Assembly (NCBI GenBank): GCA_965227295.1
Contig: OZ245742.1
Location: forward strand, 3,360,001-3,424,000
Origin: Leptonemataceae bacterium
GTDB taxonomy: Bacteria; Spirochaetota; Leptospiria; Leptospirales; Leptonemataceae
Direction: 5' to 3'
DNA: 64,000 nt
Within the stretch, counting starts at the first letter, position 1; each line of letters starts with the position of its first letter. The translations under genes and the position numbers were made by a program. Shown piece by piece: positions 1 through 9,581 of the stretch. The notes below the pieces were generated by a model, which saw only the letters and a program-made list of their open reading frames with translations, searched no databases and was not told the DNA's origin.

Positions 1-2
1 TC

Positions 3-2273
3 TTTCGTGAGATCGGCGGCGTTTGGACGTACGACGCGAAAATCACGGCGAGCAATCCGGGCAAGAACGACCACTTCGGATACGCGGTGGCGCTGGATCA
101 TACCGGCACGCGCCTGGTCGTCGGGGCCCCGGACAACGATGAAAACGGGATAAGCAATGCCGGCGCCGCCTACGCGTTTCACTACGACGAGGGCACGTCG
201 GCCTGGGTGGAGATCGCTCGATTTGTCGGTGAGGATTTCGGCATCGCTGAAGAAGAGGCGTCTGCGCGCATCGGTTCCGCCGTATCGATCTCCGGCGACT
301 ACATTGCGGTTGGATCGTACCAGCAGGATCACGGCGGCTTCAGCAACGCGGGCTCGGTCTATGTTTATAAGTACGATTCCGTTACCGAAGATTACTTTCC
401 GGACGGCGCTATCCTCAATGAACCCACGCCCGGCGACGGCCATTACTTCGGCAAGTCCGTGGCTCTCGAAACCCGCAGCGGCGATCCGATTCTGGTCGTC
501 GGTGCCGAAGAAAGTTACGTCTACGATTCCAAAGGCGGCGCCGTGTACGTTTACCGTCGCGACGCCGGCACGGAGACCTGGGAGCTTGAGCAAAGCCTCT
601 CCGTTCCGGGCATCAACAACGCCGACCGCTTCGGCGCGGCGGTGGCCATCCACTACGATCGCATTGCCGTGGGCATGAGCTACGGCGACGGTCCGCCGAC
701 GAACTGCGGTCTGGCCCACATCTTTGAGTACCAGGGAGCCGGCGGCTGGGTGCATAGCGCGACGCTGAAGGCCTCGAACGCCGCCGCCGCGGATCGCTTC
801 GGCAACGCCATCGACGTGGACGGGGATACGGTCGTCGTCGGTGCGACCCACCGCGACGGGGAAAACGGCGATACCGGGGCCATCTACGTGTATCGTTACC
901 TGCCCGGTGACGATGTCTGGAATGAAGTCGCTTTCCTTGAGCCGTTGAGTCCGGCCGAGGAAAACAGCGCCTACGGCACTGCCGTATCCGTGGAGGGCCG
1001 CTGGGTGGTCGCCGGGGCACCGAAACAAACTCGCGGCGATTACAACTCCGGTGCGGCCTACGGCTATCGCTTCTCCCACGGCGGTCCCGTACGTGCGGGG
1101 GAACGGTTCGCGGCCCCGGGATCGAATCCGCCGGGGGACCGTTTTGGTCAGGCGGTCTACCTCGACGGCACCGGTACCGGCGCCGTCGTCGGAGCACCGA
1201 ACGAGGACGGCAGCGGCGGCGGCTCCGCCTACTCCCTAACTTATGATGCCGTTAACTTAGAATGGGAGCTGGACGGCGCCATCGATCCCGGCGAACCCAC
1301 CGCCACCTTCGGCAGTGCCGTCGTCATCGACCCCGTGGACCCCGACCGTTGTTTCATTGCCGACGCCGACGGGACGGCCGCGAACGGCGCGCCGCAATCC
1401 GGGGCGGTCTACTTCTTCGAACGCCAGGCCGGGACCTGGACCATGCAGACGAAGCTGGCCCCGGAATCCGGGCGCCTCGGTCGCCGCTTCGGTTGGTCTC
1501 TGGCCTTAGATGAAAACGGTGCGCGGTTAGTCGTCGGCGCGCCCGGCGACGACGAACGCGGCCCGTCTGCCGGGGCGGTCTACGTCTACGACTACGACGG
1601 CAGCACCTGGAATTTTACGACGAAGCTAAGCGTCGAAAACTCGGGGCTGTCGTTCTTCGGATACTCCGTGGCCGTGCGGGGCAATCGCATCGCCGTGGGC
1701 ATGCCCGGTTTCGGTCCTCGCGGCAGCAATCGCGGTCGGGCCCTTGTCTTCGAGGTGGACGCCTCCGGAACGGTACTGAAGCGCCACGAGGTGCCGCATC
1801 GCCCGGTGGATCACGAGCTCTTCGGCTGGACCGTGGCGCTGGATGTCGGCGATGCGCTCTACGTCGGCGCGGTGCGCGGCCGGCGTCTGGGCGTCGGCGC
1901 GGGGGCGGTCTACGTCTACGACTATGTTTCGGGCAGCGAAAGTTACGCGCTGCGTGAGCGCGTTCTGCCGGAAGCCGGGCAGATCGGCGACAACTTCGGT
2001 CGTGCAGTGGCGGTGGATTCCGGGACCGCCTCGCTCATTGTCGGCGCCGCCTCGGACATTCGCGGCGGTTACGCCACGGTCTTTCAGCCGGACAGCGGTG
2101 TTCTGACGAGTACGCAGCAGTTCGACGTCGGTTCGTCCACGGAGCAGGCCGGCGATCACTTCAGCCGGGCATTGTCCGCGGCAAGCGGCAAGCTCATCGT
2201 CGGCATCCCCCGGGACGACGAACTCGGCGGGGAGAGCGGCTCGGTGGCGTTCTACGAACTGGGAGCGCCTTGA
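3..2273 (+). CDS. FG-GAP/integrin-alpha-type beta-propeller repeat protein (5'-truncated by window edge)
   Basis: Frame is open from position 3. More than 10 repeats of FG.(S/A)VA(L/I)...VVGAP...GA(V/A)Y(V/F). Confidence 0.9.
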   Translation, partial: FREIGGVWTYDAKITASNPGKNDHFGYAVALDHTGTRLVVGAPDNDENGISNAGAAYAFHYDEGTSAWVEIARFVGEDFGIAEEEASARIGSAVSISGDYIAVGSYQQDHGGFSNAGSVYVYKYDSVTEDYFPDGAILNEPTPGDGHYFGKSVALETRSGDPILVVGAEESYVYDSKGGAVYVYRRDAGTETWELEQSLSVPGINNADRFGAAVAIHYDRIAVGMSYGDGPPTNCGLAHIFEYQGAGGWVHSATLKASNAAAADRFGNAIDVDGDTVVVGATHRDGENGDTGAIYVYRYLPGDDVWNEVAFLEPLSPAEENSAYGTAVSVEGRWVVAGAPKQTRGDYNSGAAYGYRFSHGGPVRAGERFAAPGSNPPGDRFGQAVYLDGTGTGAVVGAPNEDGSGGGSAYSLTYDAVNLEWELDGAIDPGEPTATFGSAVVIDPVDPDRCFIADADGTAANGAPQSGAVYFFERQAGTWTMQTKLAPESGRLGRRFGWSLALDENGARLVVGAPGDDERGPSAGAVYVYDYDGSTWNFTTKLSVENSGLSFFGYSVAVRGNRIAVGMPGFGPRGSNRGRALVFEVDASGTVLKRHEVPHRPVDHELFGWTVALDVGDALYVGAVRGRRLGVGAGAVYVYDYVSGSESYALRERVLPEAGQIGDNFGRAVAVDSGTASLIVGAASDIRGGYATVFQPDSGVLTSTQQFDVGSSTEQAGDHFSRALSAASGKLIVGIPRDDELGGESGSVAFYELGAP

Positions 2274-2542
2274 GGGAAGAAGAATTTACACCGAGGCGCC
2301 GAGACACCGAGGGAAGAGGTGGAGGCTAACGTAATCTGGTTGCTGGTTAGCAATTAGGGTGTTGGTGTTTGTTTTTTTGGGTAAAGATTTTTCAGCCCCG
2401 TCGCGGAGCCGGCATCACTCTCCGGTAGAGAAAAGCATTCGCCGTGATCCATACGTTGTAAGGCGACCACGGATGGTCGCCCCCGGGCCGCTAAGCGCAG
2501 GATGCGCGCTGCGGCCCGGCAACGTATGGATTACGCCGAAGC

Positions 2543-2895
<353 letters not shown>

Positions 2896-3003
2896 AATAG
2901 AAAGAGACGGCGCGTTTCACGAATTTGCAACAGTTTTTCGTAAAGGATTCTTCGCGCCAGGGCACCGCGCTGAAGCGAAGAACAAAACGCGTTGTACCAA
3001 AAC

Positions 3004-3360
3004 TTACCGCGCGAATACTTCATCCTCGTGTTCGATGATGCGTTCTTCGGGAATCATGCGCGACAACAGCAGCATCTCGCGCAGATAACCAGGCGGGCGG
3101 CAGGCAAATACCGCCGTGTGCAGGACGTTCGCGCGGTGCATGAGAAAGACCAACTCGGCCGCGCCGCGGGAGTCCGTGGCCTCGATGCCGCCCAGGTCGA
3201 TGACGACCGTGCGGGCGCCACGGTTGACGAGATCGCGGACGGCGTAGCTCAGTCTGCCCGCCGAACTGCGGTTCAAGACGCCGGCCACGGTGAGGACCCC
3301 GGCGCGACCGTTCGATTCAAAGGCCGACTCGATCTTCAGCGGTACCGGCGCGGTGAGCAT
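3004..3360 (-). CDS. STAS-domain anti-sigma factor antagonist
   Basis: 118 aa; VVIDLGGIEATDSRG with the conserved DS phospho-acceptor motif. Confidence 0.85.
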   Translation of the reverse strand: MLTAPVPLKIESAFESNGRAGVLTVAGVLNRSSAGRLSYAVRDLVNRGARTVVIDLGGIEATDSRGAAELVFLMHRANVLHTAVFACRPPGYLREMLLLSRMIPEERIIEHEDEVFAR

Positions 3361-3432
3361 GCCCCGTAACTAACGTACGCCCGGCGACGATTTCGTGACC
3401 GGCGTATTGCAGATGCGCGAATTCGTGCGACG

Positions 3433-4614
3433 TTAGAGTTTCACCCGCACGCTCTGGGCGCTCTTCGCGGCTTTGGCGCGGGCCTCTTCCAGGGTGGCTC
3501 CCCGGGCCAGGGCCACCCCCATGCGGCGTTTGCCGTGCACCTCGGGTTTGCCGAAGAGCCTTAAGTGCGTGTCAACATCAGCTAAGGCCTGCTCCAGGTT
3601 TTCGAAGACGACGTTGTCCGAATCTCCCTCGACGAGCAGGGCATGAGAGGCCGCCGGACCGTTCTGGTGAATGTGCGGGATGGGCAGGCCCAGCAGCGCC
3701 CGGGCGTGCAGGGCGAACTCGGAGAGATCCTGGGAAATGAGCGTGACCAGGCCGGTGTCGTGGGGCCGCGGGCTGACCTCACTAAAGTACACTGAATCGC
3801 CCTTAACGAAGAGTTCCACGCCGAAGACGCCGCGGCCGCCCAGGTTTTCGGTGACGGTCCTGGCCATGCGGCGGGCCTCGCCCAGGGCCGGTCCGGACAT
3901 GGGATGCGGCTGCCAGGACTCGCGGTAGTCGCCGTCCACCTGCACGTGACCGATGGGGTCGCAGAAGTCCGTGCCCCCGACATGGCGGACGGTGAGCAGG
4001 GTGATCTCGTAATCGAAGTCGATGAAACCTTCCACGATGACCCGGCCTTCGCCGGCCCGCCCGCCCGCCTGGGAGTACCGCCACGCGCGATCGATGTCGC
4101 GTTTTTCGCGGACCACGCTCTGGCCTTTTCCGGAGCTGGACATGACCGGCTTCACGACGCAGGGCAGGCCGAGTTGTTCCACGGCCGCGTGGTACTCCGC
4201 TTCCGTCGACGCAAAGGCGTACGGCGACGTCGGTAACTTCAGTTCTTCCGCGGCCAGGCGACGAATGCCCTCGCGGTCCATGGTCAATCGTGCCGCGCGG
4301 GCCGTGGGGATGACGGTAAAACCTTCGCTTTCCAGTTCGGTCAGCGTGTCAGTGGCGATGGCTTCGATTTCCGGAACGATGTAGTCGGGCTTTTCCCGTT
4401 CGATGATCTTCCGCAACTGCGCGCCGTCGAGCATCGGCAGGACGTGCGCACGATGGGCGACCTGCATGGCCGGCGCATTTGCGTAACGATCCAGGGCGAT
4501 GACTTCGATGCCGAAGCGCTGGAGTTCGAGGACGACTTCTTTGCCGAGCTCTCCGCTCCCGCACAGGAGTACCTTCGTCGCGTGTTTCGAAAGGGGCGTG
4601 CCGATGCTGACCAT
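3433..4614 (-). CDS. purT: Formate-dependent phosphoribosylglycinamide formyltransferase
   Basis: [49 protein letters not shown] motifs. Confidence 0.97.
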   Translation of the reverse strand: MVSIGTPLSKHATKVLLCGSGELGKEVVLELQRFGIEVIALDRYANAPAMQVAHRAHVLPMLDGAQLRKIIEREKPDYIVPEIEAIATDTLTELESEGFTVIPTARAARLTMDREGIRRLAAEELKLPTSPYAFASTEAEYHAAVEQLGLPCVVKPVMSSSGKGQSVVREKRDIDRAWRYSQAGGRAGEGRVIVEGFIDFDYEITLLTVRHVGGTDFCDPIGHVQVDGDYRESWQPHPMSGPALGEARRMARTVTENLGGRGVFGVELFVKGDSVYFSEVSPRPHDTGLVTLISQDLSEFALHARALLGLPIPHIHQNGPAASHALLVEGDSDNVVFENLEQALADVDTHLRLFGKPEVHGKRRMGVALARGATLEEARAKAAKSAQSVRVKL

Positions 4615-4762
4615 GCAACAAGCACGATTTGCACGGAGGGGTTTCGTGCAAGTGTTTTATTGTGAACGGTTTCTGTTCTACGTAGTACGTAACAGAATTC
4701 TGACAATCGTCGCGAGTATTTTGATTGAGTTTGCTCGGATCGTCGCGCTTAAAAAAGATAAC

Positions 4763-7276
4763 ATGCAAAAGTTCCTGAAGGCAGGTTGTGTGGCCTGCGG
4801 ATTGTTGTTGCACCTTTCCTGCGGAGCATCCGAATCGCAATGCCTCTCTCTGGCCGGAGACTGGGAGTACCTGGTCCGCGCTGCGGACGAAAGTCTGGAG
4901 CCGGCCCCGGAAGCCTGGGATGCGGCGCCGACGGTCGTGGTTCCGTTCGATTGGACCGGGCATCCGGATTATCAGGACTTCGCCGGATGCCTGCTGTTGC
5001 GTCGCGCAGTAAGCAGCGGAGAAGTCCGCGTGCTGAGCGGATTGCGCAGTCCCGTCGCCTTCGATAGCGGTTACATCGGTGATACGGCGACCTTTTATTG
5101 GAAGGAACCGCGCACCGGTCTCATCGGTACCGTGGGGTCTCATGAACCCTATCGCACGGGTTATGACGGTCGTCTGGTGGCGACGTTGCCGGAGGGTGTG
5201 AGGATTCAGGCCGGGGACTATCTCTATGCCCGGGTGTGCAGTCTTCCGGGGCGCCGTCTCTTTTTACGCGGGCCGGAGATCGTTCTGGGACCGGCGGATA
5301 CGATTTTTCGCAACTACGGAAGTTCCGTCGCCATCGCCCTGGTGCTCGGGACTTTTTATCTGTGCATCGGCGGGTATCATTTGCTGCTGGCACTGCGACG
5401 CCCGCGGGATATCTATAATCTGTACTTCGGCATCTTCGCCTTTGCATTCACGGGTTTTCACATCACGAATTCCGCGGCCTCACCGTTCTTGTTTCATGAG
5501 CATCTGGAACTGCGTTCCGTGCTGGACCAGGTTTCCCTCATGGTCTTCGTGGCGGCGCTGTTGCTTTTCATAACCCGCTTCTTTCTCGGTCGGCACAGTC
5601 GCTTTGCCGTCGCGATGGCGATCCTCTACGGAATCTTTGCCGTGGCGGAATTCTTTTTGCCGCTGAACGGCCGCGACTTCCTGCTCCGCCTGCTGCAACT
5701 TACGATGCCGGCCGTGTTGCCCTACATCTTCTTCGTAACCGGACGGGCGGCCTGGCGCGGGAATACGGACGCCCGCCTGTTGCTGTTGGGTGTCGGAGTG
5801 ATCGTCGGAGCCACGATCCACGACATACTTGTCGATACCGGCGTGCTTGCTTCTACGCTGATCATGCCGTTTGCCTTTCTGGTTTTCGTGTTGGGCATTG
5901 CCGTGATTCTGGCCAATCGTTTCGTTCACGTGCACAACGAAGTCGAAGAGTTAAACCGCGATCTGGAAGCCAGGGTGCAACAGCGGACCGCCGAACTCGA
6001 AGACACACTGACGGAAGTGCGTACTCTGAAGGAACGCCAGGACGGTGATTATTTTCTTACATCGCAACTGCTGCAGCCCCTCGCCGGCAACTTCAGCCGG
6101 CAGTCCGGAGTCGTGCGCGCGGACATGCGCATCCGCCAGAAGAAACGTTTTCGCTTTCGGCATCGCGAGGGTGAGATCGGCGGAGACCTCTGCGCCGTAC
6201 ATTCGCTGCAATTGCGGAAGCGGAACGTGCTCGTTTTTTTCAACGGAGATGCCATGGGCAAATCCATTCAGGGCGCCGGCGGCGCTCTGATCATGGGAAC
6301 CGTTTTCAAGTCCGTGGTCGCCCGTACGGAAAAGAACTCGGGAATCCAGGAGTTGCATCCGGAACAATGGTTGCACCTGTGCTTTCAGGAACTCAGGGAT
6401 CTGATGCTTACGTTTGACGGTCGCATGATGGTCTCCGTCGTGGTGGGGATTGTAGACGAGGCCAGCGGCGTTCTGTACTTCGTGAACGCCGAACATCCCG
6501 GGGTCGTCCTCTTACGAGAGGGACGGGCCGCGTTTTTGCCGGAGCGTGGTATGCTGCGCAAGCTCGGCATGGAAGATCCAGCCCAGGTCTTTGCAATTCA
6601 GACGTTGCGCCTGCAGCGCGACGACGTGTTCGTGGTCGGCTCGGACGGCCGGGACGACATTCAAATCGGAACGGACGACGCCGGTCATCCGATCATCAAC
6701 GACGACGAAGAAGCGTTTTTGAAAGATGTGGCCGAGTCCCGGGGAGAACTCGAGGCCCTGGAACAACGCATCGTTTCGCGCGGCGGCCTGGTGGATGATC
6801 TCAGTTTGATCGCCGTATACTTTCGCGAAGACGGGGCGGAACTTGCTCCGACCGTTGCCCCGGAACTGCTGCAGGCCCTGGAGTCCGCCACGGAATCCCG
6901 GCGGAACGAGGACTTCGATGCGGTATATGAAATTCTGTCACCGCTCGTGGAACGGCAACCGCCGCAGTCCGTCCCGGAGGCGGCCGCCATGCGTTTGCTC
7001 TTGCGCGCCCTGGTGCGAACTCGACGCTACGAGGCCGCCGCCGGACTGTGTGTGCACTACCTGGAGGCGCGGCCCGAGGACGACGAGGTCCTCCTGTGGT
7101 CGGCGTACTCCCTGGCTCGTTCCTACAAACCGGCGGAGGCCATCGAGGCGGGGGAACGGTTGTACCTGCGCAACCCGGAGCACGAGCGCAATGTACGTCA
7201 TCTCGTCGACCTCCATGAACGCTACGGCGACGCCCGCCGGGCGGAAGAACTGCGCTCGGTTGCGGCCGCGCGTTAA
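4763..7276 (+). CDS. 7TM-DISM sensor / SpoIIE (PP2C) phosphatase with C-terminal TPR
   Basis: Signal-like N-terminus, extracellular domain, about 7 TM helices, coiled coil, QDGDYFLTS, GGDL, GDAMGKSIQGAGG, SDGRDD, DDLS. Start placed at ATG 4763 rather than the ORF-track start. Confidence 0.88.
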   Translation: MQKFLKAGCVACGLLLHLSCGASESQCLSLAGDWEYLVRAADESLEPAPEAWDAAPTVVVPFDWTGHPDYQDFAGCLLLRRAVSSGEVRVLSGLRSPVAFDSGYIGDTATFYWKEPRTGLIGTVGSHEPYRTGYDGRLVATLPEGVRIQAGDYLYARVCSLPGRRLFLRGPEIVLGPADTIFRNYGSSVAIALVLGTFYLCIGGYHLLLALRRPRDIYNLYFGIFAFAFTGFHITNSAASPFLFHEHLELRSVLDQVSLMVFVAALLLFITRFFLGRHSRFAVAMAILYGIFAVAEFFLPLNGRDFLLRLLQLTMPAVLPYIFFVTGRAAWRGNTDARLLLLGVGVIVGATIHDILVDTGVLASTLIMPFAFLVFVLGIAVILANRFVHVHNEVEELNRDLEARVQQRTAELEDTLTEVRTLKERQDGDYFLTSQLLQPLAGNFSRQSGVVRADMRIRQKKRFRFRHREGEIGGDLCAVHSLQLRKRNVLVFFNGDAMGKSIQGAGGALIMGTVFKSVVARTEKNSGIQELHPEQWLHLCFQELRDLMLTFDGRMMVSVVVGIVDEASGVLYFVNAEHPGVVLLREGRAAFLPERGMLRKLGMEDPAQVFAIQTLRLQRDDVFVVGSDGRDDIQIGTDDAGHPIINDDEEAFLKDVAESRGELEALEQRIVSRGGLVDDLSLIAVYFREDGAELAPTVAPELLQALESATESRRNEDFDAVYEILSPLVERQPPQSVPEAAAMRLLLRALVRTRRYEAAAGLCVHYLEARPEDDEVLLWSAYSLARSYKPAEAIEAGERLYLRNPEHERNVRHLVDLHERYGDARRAEELRSVAAAR

Positions 7277-7289
7277 AGAGTGCGGCGAT

Positions 7290-8012
7290 TCAGCGCCGGG
7301 CCGGTGAAAACTCGGCCAGGGCCTTTGCGGCGCTCTTCACCAGGCCGCGGGCGAAGGGCAGGCGCTGCAATCGCAGGACCTGCATTAAGATGCCGAGACT
7401 TAAATCTAAGAGGCGCCTGGAATTCTTACGCCCCTCGGATTCGTCGAACATCCAGTAGAGCAGCAGGGCCAACTGGAACAACCACAGAAGATGCGGGGCG
7501 TGGGGGCGCAGTTCATCGTTGAAGCGGATGTCGCTGCCGTCCACAACCTGATCGAACGTACGGACCACGCCCTCGCGGATTTCGGAGGTGGCCGCATGAA
7601 ACGGTGAGAGCGGCGAGTCCGGGTTCACCGAGTTCTGAAACAACACACTCACGAACTTGCGATGCGGTTCGAACTGCCGGAAACGAAACTCGACGACGGC
7701 CTGCATGCGTTTGCGAAAGGACTTCGACTCCGCAAGAATGCCGGGCAGGGCGTCACGCATCTCTTCTTCGCAACGCAGATAGTAAGCCAGAACGATGTCA
7801 TTCTTTGAGCGGAAGTAGTAGTAAGCGGCCCCCTGGGCGACGCCGGCCTTTTCGGCGACGGCACGCATGGTGGTCTCATCGAAGCCGCGGCGACGAAACA
7901 AATCCAGGGCCGCGTTCAAAATCTTTCGGCGCGTGCGATCGCTCTTCCCGCCCGCCGCGCCCACGGCAGGTACGGCCGTTTTTTTCACGCTCTTTTTTTT
8001 TCTTTCCACCAT
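7290..8012 (-). CDS. TetR-family transcriptional regulator
   Basis: HTH TRRKILNAALDLF...TTMRAVAEKAGVAQGAAYYYFRSK. Start placed at ATG 8012. Confidence 0.9.
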   Translation of the reverse strand: MVERKKKSVKKTAVPAVGAAGGKSDRTRRKILNAALDLFRRRGFDETTMRAVAEKAGVAQGAAYYYFRSKNDIVLAYYLRCEEEMRDALPGILAESKSFRKRMQAVVEFRFRQFEPHRKFVSVLFQNSVNPDSPLSPFHAATSEIREGVVRTFDQVVDGSDIRFNDELRPHAPHLLWLFQLALLLYWMFDESEGRKNSRRLLDLSLGILMQVLRLQRLPFARGLVKSAAKALAEFSPARR

Positions 8013-8139
8013 GGCAGAGGTTACGTTTGCGCAAGCTGTCAGTAGTGACTGAAGAGTCATCGTCAACCCTCGGGGAGATCGGAGCAAGCGATTTCAGCAA
8101 ACATGCCCTCCATTACGAAGAAAGCGGAGTTGCGGAGAA

Positions 8140-8157
8140 TTTTGAACAAATTCAAAA
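8140..8157. promoter_or_regulatory. Putative TetR operator palindrome TTTTGAA-caaa-TTCAAAA
   Basis: Perfect 7-bp inverted repeat in the divergent tetR/MCP intergenic region. Confidence 0.5.
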
Positions 8158-8226
8158 AAATATCGGCGCCGGAGAATTCCCGGTGGTCATCGACACAAAG
8201 ACTGCCTAATCTACAGAGGCCTCTAC

Positions 8227-9471
8227 ATGAAGCTGAGCCTCCGACCAAAGATTTTCTTCGCCTTCGTTCCCATTACCGCGAGCGCCATGGCTTTGTTCTG
8301 GTGGGACCCGGTTTCGGACATCCAGAGGCTGGCGGGCTCCGGGGGCTGCCTGTTCGTCGGCGCATTGAGCGCCGGAGTGCTTTCGCGGCACATCCTCTCG
8401 CGCCTGGAAACGGCCCGCACGGCGGTAACGCATCTGGCCCGCGGCGACATGACGCACAGCATCGAAGATCGTTCCGCGGACGAAATCGGACGCATTCTGG
8501 ACGGCATCAATACGGTCAGTTCTCGCATGCAGCGCATCCTCGGCCGGCTGCAGGAGATTACAAGCGAGGTGGACGACACCTCCGCTCTGACCGCGAGTCT
8601 TACCGAAGAACTCAAGCAGGGTACCGCACAGCACGCTCGGTCCTCGGAAGGGATCGCTGCCACCATCGAGGAAATCCAGGCGAACGTCAGCGGCGTGGCG
8701 GAGTCCGTGGATTTTCAGTCGAACAGTGTGCAATCAGTAAGTCAAAGTCTGCAAAAGTTAAACGAGATGACCCGCTCCATCGACGAGACCATGGACTATC
8801 TCGGAAAGCAGACCAATGTTACCAGTGAACAGGCCGACTCGGGCAGCCGCCTGGTGGGGCACAGCCGGGACGCCATGGAACTCGTGGAGGACTCCGCGGG
8901 AAAGATTCGCGAGGTGCTGGAAATCATCGATAACATCTCCGAGCGGACGCAGTTGCTCTCGTTGAACTCCGCCATCGAGGCGGCGCGAGCCGGTGAAGCC
9001 GGGCGGGGCTTTTCCGTGGTGTCCGATGAAATCTCCCGCCTCGCCGAAAACACGGTCACCTCGGTGAAGAACATCGACGATCTCGTACGCGAAACCAACA
9101 GCGCCGTACAACGCGGCGCCGAGTCGGTCAAGGAAGTCTCCGGCAGCTTCAACGCCATCCATACATCCATCGAGAACACGCGCAAACAAATGGAGCAGAC
9201 CAATCACGCCGTGGACATACAGCGAGCCACCACGGAAACCATCGTGAACAAAATCGACGAGGTCCGCAGTCAGACGGACGATATTCAACGCGCGGCTCAG
9301 GAGCAAAAGGCGGCGCTGGAGCAGATCGGTAACGGGGTGAACGGCATGGCCTCCGCATCCCAGACGATCGCCGAAAACTCGGACCGGCTCAATCGCCTCA
9401 CGGTTTCTCTGGAAGAACTCTCGGACAAACTGAATCGCGTCGCCGGTCTCTTTAAGCTCGCCGAAGATTAG
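8227..9471 (+). CDS. Methyl-accepting chemotaxis protein (HAMP + MA domain)
   Basis: HAMP (ARGDM...DEIGRI); signalling hairpin ISERTQLLSLNSAIEAARAGEAGRGFSVVSDEISRLA. Confidence 0.95.
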   Translation: MKLSLRPKIFFAFVPITASAMALFWWDPVSDIQRLAGSGGCLFVGALSAGVLSRHILSRLETARTAVTHLARGDMTHSIEDRSADEIGRILDGINTVSSRMQRILGRLQEITSEVDDTSALTASLTEELKQGTAQHARSSEGIAATIEEIQANVSGVAESVDFQSNSVQSVSQSLQKLNEMTRSIDETMDYLGKQTNVTSEQADSGSRLVGHSRDAMELVEDSAGKIREVLEIIDNISERTQLLSLNSAIEAARAGEAGRGFSVVSDEISRLAENTVTSVKNIDDLVRETNSAVQRGAESVKEVSGSFNAIHTSIENTRKQMEQTNHAVDIQRATTETIVNKIDEVRSQTDDIQRAAQEQKAALEQIGNGVNGMASASQTIAENSDRLNRLTVSLEELSDKLNRVAGLFKLAED

Positions 9472-9581
9472 TCGATCGTGATCGCCTGCCTGCTTGCCGT
9501 GACGATGAAGTAACCGAAACGCCGCACGGCGGCGCGGGCGCCATACGAGTGCTTCTGGAGATTCATATTTTCTCCCGCGCC

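Noticed and set aside
4499..4762. N-terminal extensions in the ORF track (also 13643, 22076, 43737, 56358, 61199, 62540)
   Set aside because: They overlap neighbouring genes or promoters; downstream starts fit family length and RBS better.
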